Virus record (IMG/VR): IMGVR_UViG_3300018475_000104
Location: 1 to 64,000 of that record
Length of the DNA: 64,000 nucleotides
Source: a virus
Taxonomy: Duplodnaviria; Caudoviricetes
Reading direction: 5' to 3' (one strand)
Below, piece by piece: positions 1-6,641 of the stretch; within the stretch, counting starts at the first letter, position 1; each line of letters begins with the position of its first letter. The translations under genes were made by a program, and so were the position numbers. The notes beneath the pieces are model-generated. The model searched no databases. It saw nothing but the letters and a program-made list of their open reading frames with translations, and was not told the origin of the DNA.

Positions 1-60
1 AATCGAACCATCGACACAGGGATTTTCAGTCCCTTGCTCTACCGACTGAGCTACCCGCCC
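1..60 (-). tRNA. tRNA-Phe(GAA), 3' end outside the window
   Basis: Reverse complement GGGCGGG-TA-GCTC-AGTCGGTA-GAGC-A-AGGGA-CTGAAAA-TCCCT-GTGTC-GATGG-TTCGATT. Confidence 0.9.
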
Positions 61-96
61 AAGGCCGTTGCTCTATCCTACTGAGCTATTGCTCGC
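61..96 (-). pseudogene. 5' half of a tRNA-Arg(TCT)-like gene, truncated in the anticodon loop
   Basis: GCGAGCAATAGCTCAGTAGGATAGAGCAACGGCCTT abuts the 5' end of tRNA-Phe; no 3' half follows. Confidence 0.7.
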
Positions 97-98
97 TA

Positions 99-176
99 TG
101 GTACTCCTTCTAGGATTCGAACCTAGGACCAGCTGGATATAAGCCAGATGCTCTAACCGGACTGAGCTAAAGGAGC
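99..176 (-). tRNA. tRNA-Ile(TAT)
   Basis: GCTCCTT/AAGGAGT acceptor stem, TCTGG-CT TAT AT-CCAGC anticodon arm, CTAGG-TTCGAAT-CCTAG T arm, encoded CCA. Confidence 0.9.
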
Positions 177-353
177 ACATGTCCCGTAATCTACTAGACT
201 CATACGGGCGAGCCACTCTCCTCACCCAGACAGTTAGGGGATGACTTGCGTAGACACCTCACGGAAAATTTTCTTGTTTGAAAATTTCCAAAAGTCATCT
301 ATCCTTCTATTCACGGCTAGCTACTCCGAGGGTCTTGGCGATAGAGACCAAAA

Positions 354-420
354 CAAGACTCCGTACTTTTCTTGCTATTATTCACCAAATAATTAAGTAA
401 AAAGTTGCTGTTGGAGCCTT
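354..420 (-). ncRNA. CAGCAA stem RNA, copy A
   Basis: AAGGCTCC-AACAGCAA...GGAGTCTT-G closing stem; same architecture as 438-508 and 9785-9833. Confidence 0.6.
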
Positions 421-437
421 TAAGTTAGATTATAAAA

Positions 438-508
438 CTAGACGCCTAAATTAGTTCTAAGTTAAAAGCATAGAATCTTGCATTATAAAGGTTTGCTGTG
501 AGCGTCTA
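438..508 (-). ncRNA. CAGCAA stem RNA, copy B
   Basis: TAGACGC-TCACAGCAA...GCGTCTA-G, perfect 7-bp closing stem. Confidence 0.6.
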
Positions 509-610
509 AAATATGTTGTGGTGTCATAAGGGCAGACTTTGCATCGTTAATCCACAAAAGTTTCACCGCTTGGTGCCCCTGCGCAGATTTGAACTGCGGA
601 CACCGTGATT

Positions 611-1099
611 TTTTAGTCCTTCAGAATTGGCAATTACAAAGTTTCTAACACTTTTTCTAGTTTAAAATCTTCTGCAAACAAAATATTCTTTGTTTGCCCA
701 TTTTTTGTTGGCACAAATCTTATTCTTTGACTTCTTTTTCCACACAATTCATAAGGAACAAGATAGCATTGTCCATTATAAATTGTAGCAAAGAAATCTA
801 CATCTTCTTCTGAATAAGATAAGTTTAAAGTACCTTTAGTGTTTGTATGACTTGTACTCGTGGCGAACTCTAAAAATGCTTCTTCTTTATAAGTTCCAGT
901 TTTAACTTGAATCTTATATAGAGAATGATTTATGTCCACAATAAAATCATACTTTGAACTCTGAACCATCGGCTTAGAAACTAAAATTCCCAATTTTAGA
1001 AATTCCAAAGCCACTTGTTGTTCTGTAATTTCTCCTATAAAATGACTACTTAGCATAATATCAACTCCTACTAAGTAATTGCCATTCTACATGAGTCTA
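611..1099 (-). mobile_element. Endonuclease-carrying anticodon-loop insertion with complementary ends (not a group I intron)
   Basis: Only about 43 and 23 nt flank the ORF; ends pair (TTTTTAG/CTAAAAA, AGAAT/ATTCT, GGCAATTA/TAATTGCC); no terminal G or P7 core. Confidence 0.75.
634..1056 (-). CDS. PD-(D/E)XK homing endonuclease (I-Ssp6803I / PDDEXK_5-like)
   Basis: G..E..V..F...G..VS.P...SKYDFIVD...KIQVKT motif; AGGAG RBS. Confidence 0.85.
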   Translation of the reverse strand: MLSSHFIGEITEQQVALEFLKLGILVSKPMVQSSKYDFIVDINHSLYKIQVKTGTYKEEAFLEFATSTSHTNTKGTLNLSYSEEDVDFFATIYNGQCYLVPYELCGKRSQRIRFVPTKNGQTKNILFAEDFKLEKVLETL

Positions 1100-1171
1100 A
1101 AAAGTCACGTGCTCTACCAACTGAGCTACAGGAGCATGAGCGTCATTTTGGATACGAGGCGACTAACTCTT

Positions 1172-1375
1172 CTTTCCAAAACGACTCAGTTACAACTTTC
1201 AAATTAGAAACATCCAATAGCCAGTCACCTCTACGAACATTTCACATAAACCCAAAGATTTTAGGATTTTCTCACCCTACCACCAAAGTTGCGCTTGTAA
1301 CTGTGACCAGAGGCTTGGTGGTTCATATCTATCGGCTTTAACGACTCCTCCGTTGGTCTTAACCTCTTGGAAAGC
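1172..1375 (-). ncRNA. Candidate ~200-nt structured RNA between tRNA-Met and tRNA-Lys
   Basis: Closing stem CTTTCCAAGA/TTTTGGAAAG; internal CAGTTACAA/TTGTAACTG, GACCA/TGGTC and ACCACCAAG/TTTGGTGGT. Confidence 0.5.
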
Positions 1376-1389
1376 TTGAATTTCACATA

Positions 1390-1464
1390 TGGGGGCAGGT
1401 GTGGGATTCGAACCCACGTCTCTAGGGTATGAGCCTAGTCAAGGAACCTCTCCTCTAACCTGCT
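1390..1464 (-). tRNA. tRNA-Met(CAT), initiator-like (A1:C72 mismatch)
   Basis: CTAGG-CT CAT AC-CCTAG anticodon arm; GTGGG-TTCGAAT-CCCAC T arm; CCA. Confidence 0.85.
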
Positions 1465-1517
1465 ACGATGGGAGAATTTATACACAGGAACTCTCCAAAA
1501 CCTGGCTTGCGCAAAGC

Positions 1518-1700
1518 AAACTTAAACCAAAATCAATCTTTTTCTCTCGCCTGCTTTGAGCTATGAGAGTGTTTCAAAAGGTAGCTACTCCTTTTAGGCG
1601 GGCTTTTATCTTCCTACCACCGGAAGCCGAGGGCTTTACTCGCTGGGTTGATTTGGATAAGGTCGAGGGCCTCTTCCGTCTTATCGCTTTGGTTTAAATT
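1518..1700 (-). ncRNA. Candidate multi-branched structured RNA
   Basis: 15-bp closing stem AAATTTAAACCAAAG/TTTTGGTTTAAGTTT; internal GATAAG/CTTATC, CTTCC/GGAAG, CGCCT/AGGCG, AAAAGG/CCTTTT. Confidence 0.5.
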
Positions 1701-1833
1701 TAAGTGTCCTCCCCATTTCATCTGCCACCAGGACCACCCCTATGCAAGAAGTGGTTAGCGAGAATCGAACTCGTTATTCCTTACGAAATTTGCTGACTTG
1801 GAACAGCCTGTGGTAGGGTTACGCTTCGATTTC

Positions 1834-1888
1834 AAGTGAGCAAGAGCGGGAGAAAGTTAAGGAAGGATGAGAGGTCTCTTGCTCACTT
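1834..1888 (-). ncRNA. Hairpin sRNA with 13-bp stem and CU-rich loop
   Basis: AAGTGAGCAAGAG/CTCTTGCTCACTT with loop ACCTCTCATCCTTCCTTAACTTTCTCCCG, directly downstream of a sigmaA promoter. Confidence 0.55.
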
Positions 1889-1896
1889 TGTACTTA

Positions 1897-1930
1897 AATT
1901 ATAACATAATTTTAAGTGGAAATCAAATTT
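1897..1930 (-). promoter_or_regulatory. sigmaA-type promoter
   Basis: TTGATT-17 nt-TATAAT with extended -10 TG. Confidence 0.7.
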
Positions 1931-1942
1931 TTTAGCTTCATT

Positions 1943-1994
1943 AAGACAATTAGTTAAAACAACGTCACCACGTGAAGGTTTGTCTTTTGACGTC
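1943..1994 (-). ncRNA. HDV-like theta ribozyme at the 3' end of tRNA-Thr
   Basis: G-ACGTC/GACGTT (P1, G1.U wobble), AAGACAA/TTGTCTT (P2), ACC/GGT (P3), L3 TTCACGT, J4/2 AACTAA; starts right after the discriminator base. Confidence 0.85.
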
Positions 1995-2067
1995 AGCCGG
2001 AGATAGGAATCGAACCTACAACCTACGGTTTACAAAACCGTTGCTCTGCCAATTGAGCTACGCCGGC
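1995..2067 (-). tRNA. tRNA-Thr(TGT), no encoded CCA
   Basis: ACGGT-TT TGT AA-ACCGT anticodon arm; GTAGG-TTCGATT-CCTAT T arm. Confidence 0.92.
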
Positions 2068-2369
2068 ATGAGGAGAGTAGTTTTTATTTTAACGTGAGTC
2101 CACTCTCCAAGTTCTCGACTCACATTACTATGCGGGCGGCTCATCCTCCGCGAGGTATTTAGTAGATACAATCATACACATCGACCTCCTATTTTTCACA
2201 TAGTAGCAGCAGTTTTACTTCGCTTCTTTCTATACCCTTTTCCGCTTTCTTGCCACATATCGCCTCACTTTTTATTTAGCTGAGGTCGCCGGTGGTAGTT
2301 GAAACTGCTAAAATCCGTGTTAAGGGTAGTTCTTTTAGTTTTAGGGCAAGGAACCATGACTTGCGCCGT

Positions 2370-2446
2370 TGGCGATTCGTAGGAGACTCGAACTCCTGAC
2401 CTCCACCGTGACAGGGTGGCGTTCTACGCTACTGAACTAACGAACC
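2370..2446 (-). tRNA. tRNA-Asp(GTC)
   Basis: CCACC-CT GTC AC-GGTGG anticodon arm; AGGAG-TTCGAGT-CTCCT T arm; GCCA end. Confidence 0.92.
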
Positions 2447-2617
2447 ATATGAACGATGTTGGACAGCTATCCTTAACAAGCACAATACTTCGGCTGGGGC
2501 ACACATCAAAGCACCCACAACAGTTTATTCCCAAAAAACCGTTGCCAAACAAAGCGATTCTCTCGTCTCCTCTTCCACGCCCAGGTTTTTCTACTACGAG
2601 GTACTGGGAAACCTTAA

Positions 2618-2693
2618 TGGCTGCCAGACGGGGACTTGAACCCCGAACCCTCGCGTTAACAGCGCGACGCTCTACCGATTGAGCTATCTGGCA
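2618..2693 (-). tRNA. tRNA-Asn(GTT)
   Basis: TGCCAGA/TCTGGCA acceptor stem; TCGCG-CT GTT AA-CGCGA anticodon arm; GCCA end. Confidence 0.92.
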
Positions 2694-2724
2694 TCAATGG
2701 GGAGTTTCCTCCCTCAACCTTACA

Positions 2725-2760
2725 TATATATTATATCAAAATTTCCAAGAAAATTCAAAT
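2725..2760 (-). promoter_or_regulatory. sigmaA-type promoter driving the tRNA array
   Basis: TTGAAT...TGATATAAT-ATATATGTAAG. The same AAATTTGAHTTT..TATAAT-ATATA pattern recurs near 4200, 6610, 8225, 9850, 26530, 27935, 30118, 32490, 35203, 37626, 40073, 45054 and 54347. Confidence 0.75.
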
Positions 2761-2984
2761 TATTTTTCAGCAACAATTTTCGTTAGTCGCTCAACAATTT
2801 GAGACAGAATTGCTGAATGTTTTAGCTCTTCAGATACAATCTCCTTGAACTGCGCCATTTCTTCTGGAGTTAGCAAATGGACAAATTTTGTTAGACAAAG
2901 ATAATAACTCCTTCGAGCATCTGCTTCTTCACATATAAGCTTCTCGAGTTCAGCACTAAAGGCAAATTTTTCAGCATCATTCAT
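2760..2984 (-). CDS. Small ferritin-like/rubrerythrin-fold protein
   Basis: E..A...Y and E..H helix-pair pattern. Confidence 0.5.
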   Translation of the reverse strand: MNDAEKFAFSAELEKLICEEADARRSYYLCLTKFVHLLTPEEMAQFKEIVSEELKHSAILSQIVERLTKIVAEK

Positions 2985-3268
2985 AATACACAATCCCTCA
3001 CTATTCGATCATACCACAAAGTATCTTCTTTGGCTATGTCGTCCAATAAAATCAACTTTTCGTAATCAAAAAATTCACCATTAAAATCATAGAAGTGCGC
3101 GCCGTCTCCCGCAACAAAATGTCCCAAGATAGGTTCATAGAAAATTTGCAAGTTGGGAAAACGAGAACGGAGAATTAAGGAGAAGTAATAACAATTTCCA
3201 TCAGTCCAATGACAATCAGACGGAAAACGGCGCTTAATGAAAGAGAGGATTTCGTTTGATTGGGACAT
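2981..3268 (-). CDS. Hypothetical protein with Cys-His-Asp (papain/transglutaminase-like) pattern
   Basis: GNCYYF...GHF...YD motifs; GGAGG RBS before MSQSN. Confidence 0.5.
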   Translation of the reverse strand: MSQSNEILSFIKRRFPSDCHWTDGNCYYFSLILRSRFPNLQIFYEPILGHFVAGDGAHFYDFNGEFFDYEKLILLDDIAKEDTLWYDRIVRDCVL

Positions 3269-3417
3269 TTTTACCTCCGATAGGAAAAGAAAATCAGATG
3301 GGGTGACAATTCCCATATCTCCATCGCGGCGAAGGCTGCCCGTTCCTTCCTCTGATTTTCTTTTAATGGTGCGGAAGACGGGAATCGAACCCGTATGCCC
3401 TTGGGGCGAGGGATTTT

Positions 3418-4131
3418 CTTACTACTCCATATTACTATGGCCGTATTTCTACGTTGTAGTCTGGACTATGTCTTAACCATATCTTTTGACTTAGGTTGCT
3501 GGTGTATAGTCTCTACACATTTATTTGGCGCAGTTTTTTCCTCTATAAGACTCTGTAAAAGCGTGGCAATTAGGACACAATAAAGCAAAATTTTCTATTG
3601 TATTATTATGTCTGTTGCCATCTTTATGATGTAATTCAAGTGGAATTGGTTTATCTAACCAAGTTTCAAGACCACAGCATTCACATCTATGTTCTTTCAA
3701 CCCTTCTTCTAAGAGCTTAATCCTAACTTTATTTGTTTGAATATCTTTGCTATTGGCTAAATATTCTTCTAAAGTTAATTTAGGCATCTTTTTTGTTAAA
3801 CCTTTTCCAGCTTTATTACCATCATATTTTAAACCAAGTCTGTCTAAAATAGAGTTAATTGTTTTTGGATTGCAAGCGAGTTGTCGCGCCATATAGGCTT
3901 TTGATTGCCCCTCTTGTATCCATTGTTCAATTTCTGCTTTTCGTTCTAAAATATCAGTTCGCATTTCCATCACCTCTCATAATATAAGTGGATTTGGATT
4001 ACACTTACTTTAACTTTTTAGAACGTAAACCAAAATTTAGCACGGCGTCCTCTTGGCTATTCGCCGTTTTAGCCAGCTTCTACTCTTAAAGTTTCCTTTA
4101 AGGCACTCTCCTTTTACGTCTGCCAAGACGA
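3418..4131 (-). mobile_element. Group I intron with HNH homing endonuclease
   Basis: 5' exon ends in U and intron ends in G; R/S elements GTAGAGACTA and AAGACATAGTCC (P7); P3 GCTGG/CCAGC. Confidence 0.92.
3521..3973 (-). CDS. HNH homing endonuclease (intron-encoded)
   Basis: CECCG...LELHHKDGNRHNN..ENFALLCPNCH. Confidence 0.92.
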   Translation of the reverse strand: MMEMRTDILERKAEIEQWIQEGQSKAYMARQLACNPKTINSILDRLGLKYDGNKAGKGLTKKMPKLTLEEYLANSKDIQTNKVRIKLLEEGLKEHRCECCGLETWLDKPIPLELHHKDGNRHNNTIENFALLCPNCHAFTESYRGKNCAK

Positions 4132-4252
4132 AAGTCCCTTGCGTCTGCCTGTTCCGCCACTCCCGCATACTCAGTTGAAGTCTCCCTCAGCCTTGTATAT
4201 ATATTATATCAAAACTTTTGAAATTTTTCAAATTTTAAACACTAAAGAATTT

Positions 4253-4456
4253 TTATTCTTCAATGTAGAAAAACTCCGACCAACTACCAACATCGACAAC
4301 AGTCCTACCACGCTCATCTTTCCAAGAGCGCATATAGTGAATAGTATAGTTTCTTTCAGCACAAAACTCGTTAATAATCCTATACGCCCACTGTTCATCG
4401 TTTGCAAAGCCAATCACACGTTCAATACCACGGCTGTTTTCAAAATAAACTTTCAT
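4253..4456 (-). CDS. Hypothetical phage protein
   Basis: AAGGAG RBS; C-terminal VDVGSWSEFF motif. Confidence 0.7.
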   Translation of the reverse strand: MKVYFENSRGIERVIGFANDEQWAYRIINEFCAERNYTIHYMRSWKDERGRTVVDVGSWSEFFYIEE

Positions 4457-4465
4457 TTTTCTCCT

Positions 4466-4654
4466 TTAGCGATAACGCTCGTCCTCGGCATATTCATCAT
4501 AATCTTCATCATAGCGCGGCTTATACTTACGCTTGCGTTCAGCCTTTCGCTTTTTATCCTCAAAGATTTTAGTAGAAGGGTCTACTTCACCCCAATCGCG
4601 CCGAATAGTTTTATAGGTATCATAAAACTTGTTATCGCTCTTACGCTTAGACAT
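4466..4654 (-). CDS. Hypothetical protein
   Basis: AAGGAG RBS; tandem gene packing. Confidence 0.65.
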   Translation of the reverse strand: MSKRKSDNKFYDTYKTIRRDWGEVDPSTKIFEDKKRKAERKRKYKPRYDEDYDEYAEDERYR

Positions 4655-4665
4655 GACTTACTCCT

Positions 4666-5532
4666 TTAATCTTGTAGCCACATTGGTAAATAAGTTAAAT
4701 TATACATCACAAATGGGTCATAATTAGGTAGGGTTTTAACCCAATCCCAAAAACCCTTTGAGAAACCTTGGTAATAAGTGCCAAAATTTTCTGTAAAGTG
4801 ATGCTTTTCAATGTATAAGTCTCCTTCAAAAGAAAGAGGATACATAATTTGTGTGGAAAATTCTCCCGATAAAGCTTCTCTAATATGATTCAAAGTAAAA
4901 GGAGATGCTGGTTTATTAAAAACTAAACCATTTCCATACTCCGCGCCGCAGCAAAAGAAACAATTATTCAAAAACTTAGAATTAGAAATGAAAGCAGAAT
5001 TAGAAATTTCTTCACTACCAACAATATTATTGCTATTATGAATATTACTTGAATGAACCACACCTTGACTGTCAGAAACCATACTAGAAAGAACAATCTG
5101 ATTCCCAAAAGATACATCACTCGCGCCGTAGACATAAGTTGAATCTTTAATTCGCTTACTCATCTGTACTTCACGCGAGTTTTCTACTTCTTCCGAAGTG
5201 GAAATTAAAGTGCTACCACTAACCTTTTTACAATTATCAATATTTCTACTATAAGAAATATCCTCACTCTGATTTACGCAGATACTTCGAAGAACATACT
5301 TTGAGTGATTGACGTGCTCGGAATCTTTTACCTTACAAGCCTCCCAATACTGCTCAATTTCTCCCTCGGTAACAGGCAAATAATCATAACCCCAATGAAA
5401 GACTTCAATTGGGATATGCCTATTCTCAAGAATAGTTGAAATTTCTGCGCCATCTGGATATAAGCGAGCGATTAACTTCTTACCAAAATCGCAAGCATTA
5501 TATTTATCTAAAACTTCTTGTGTTATAAACAT
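4666..5532 (-). CDS. Hypothetical protein with Ser/Asn hexapeptide-like repeats (possible beta-helix)
   Basis: V..S..V..S periodicity. Confidence 0.65.
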   Translation of the reverse strand: MFITQEVLDKYNACDFGKKLIARLYPDGAEISTILENRHIPIEVFHWGYDYLPVTEGEIEQYWEACKVKDSEHVNHSKYVLRSICVNQSEDISYSRNIDNCKKVSGSTLISTSEEVENSREVQMSKRIKDSTYVYGASDVSFGNQIVLSSMVSDSQGVVHSSNIHNSNNIVGSEEISNSAFISNSKFLNNCFFCCGAEYGNGLVFNKPASPFTLNHIREALSGEFSTQIMYPLSFEGDLYIEKHHFTENFGTYYQGFSKGFWDWVKTLPNYDPFVMYNLTYLPMWLQD

Positions 5533-5981
5533 TAAAATTCACCATCTTCGGTCATCTTGGCAATCTGAGTAGCAAGAGTGTTTGCCCTCTCGTAGTGGAA
5601 ATCAATGCGTTTATTAAAGAGACAAATGTGCTCCATCATGACGTTCTGCATATAGCAGTAAAAATCACACCAATAAAATTCCAGCTTCTCAGCAAGTCGC
5701 TTCTTAGCGAGCTTCTCGCCATAAGCCGCATCAAACTCATCGCCATCTTCGAAGTTACAGCGCGCCTTGCCTACGAGGTTGTCCATTACGGGGCCGTATT
5801 TCTTAAGCCACTTATTGGCAAGACTACCAAAATCATCCCAAGTATATCTTACACCAAAAGAACCCCAAAACTTGTCAATCTGTCTATCGAAATCTTCGCG
5901 CAATTCTTTCGAAGCACTAGGAAACTTAGCAACCACAACACCAAGAGCCTCGTTCACATAGATATCAAAATCCTTAGCCAT
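5532..5981 (-). CDS. Hypothetical phage protein
   Basis: GKARC...D.FD...G..LA motif; GAGGAG RBS before MAKDF. Confidence 0.65.
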   Translation of the reverse strand: MAKDFDIYVNEALGVVVAKFPSASKELREDFDRQIDKFWGSFGVRYTWDDFGSLANKWLKKYGPVMDNLVGKARCNFEDGDEFDAAYGEKLAKKRLAEKLEFYWCDFYCYMQNVMMEHICLFNKRIDFHYERANTLATQIAKMTEDGEF

Positions 5982-6279
5982 TTTCTTTCTCCTCTTCAAA
6001 AATCTTTTCAATATTAAAGTTAAGCAACTTAATTAACGATTCCATTTTTGTGCCTTTTTGAAAATATGGCACAGGATAAAGACAACCTTTTCCTACTAAC
6101 TCCGCGCCGCAGACATCGCGGCAATAACGCAAGTAATCCGCATAAGTCAAACCAAGCAACCGCGCGGAAAGCACATTATAACTTCCATTAGTTGAAGTAA
6201 GTGGAAGCTTGTTAAAGTTAAACCGAATCATAAACTTACCAGGATGATAAGGACTTTCATCAGCATAGACATAATTCAT
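5974..6279 (-). CDS. Hypothetical phage protein
   Basis: GSYNVL.ARLLGL.Y..YLR motif; overlapping start/stop. Confidence 0.7.
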   Translation of the reverse strand: MNYVYADESPYHPGKFMIRFNFNKLPLTSTNGSYNVLSARLLGLTYADYLRYCRDVCGAELVGKGCLYPVPYFQKGTKMESLIKLLNFNIEKIFEEEKENG

Positions 6280-6578
6280 ATACTAATCTCCTCCCAAAGT
6301 TCGGTAAGTTCAGCTTTTTCTTCATCAGAAAGATTACAAAACTCTCCCCAATTTTCGTACCCAAGAAACATTTTTGGATTAAACTTTGGCAATTCCTTGT
6401 CAAAGACTTTCACATTAAGTTGCGCCTTTGGAATATAATTAGGGATGATATACTTTTTAACCGTTGTAGGACTTGGAGAACCTCCCATGGCGCGTGAAAC
6501 TCCAGCATAAGTTTTTAGCTGGATATACAGCTCATTCATTTCAATAATCATGTCTTGTGTGACTTGAGTCCGAGCCAT
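6276..6578 (-). CDS. Putative HTH DNA-binding protein
   Basis: YAGVSRAMGGSPSPTTVKKY; first gene after a promoter. Confidence 0.55.
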   Translation of the reverse strand: MARTQVTQDMIIEMNELYIQLKTYAGVSRAMGGSPSPTTVKKYIIPNYIPKAQLNVKVFDKELPKFNPKMFLGYENWGEFCNLSDEEKAELTELWEEISI

Positions 6579-6641
6579 TTAGAAGTTCTCCTTTCACTTT
6601 ATATTTATATTATACCCTATTTTTGAAGAAAAATCAAATTT

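Larger units (their letters stand above)
571..1135 (-). tRNA. tRNA-Lys(TTT) split by a 489-nt insertion (exons 1100-1135 and 571-610)
   Basis: 5' half GCTCCTG..CGTGA-CTTTT and 3' half AA-TCACG..CAGGGGC-A-CCA; acceptor and anticodon stems pair across the insertion. Confidence 0.9.
3367..4166 (-). tRNA. tRNA-Leu(TAA) interrupted by a group I intron (exons 4132-4166 and 3367-3417)
   Basis: AGGGA-CTT|AAAA-TCCCT; long variable arm; ACCA end; insertion between U34 and A35, the classic trnL(UAA) site. Confidence 0.92.

Noticed and set aside
611-1099. Group I or bulge-helix-bulge intron call for the tRNA-Lys insertion
   Set aside because: No P7/R-S elements, no terminal G and no 3-4-3 bulge-helix-bulge at the junctions.
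2326-2367. preQ1 or SAM-II riboswitch
   Set aside because: A pseudoknot is present, but ligand-binding consensus bases were not recognisable and no regulated ORF follows.
2416-2682. Plus-strand ORFs over the tRNA region (also 3237-3476, 3395-3583, 4139-4669)
   Set aside because: They are antisense to tRNAs, an intron or real genes, with no RBS or recognisable motifs.
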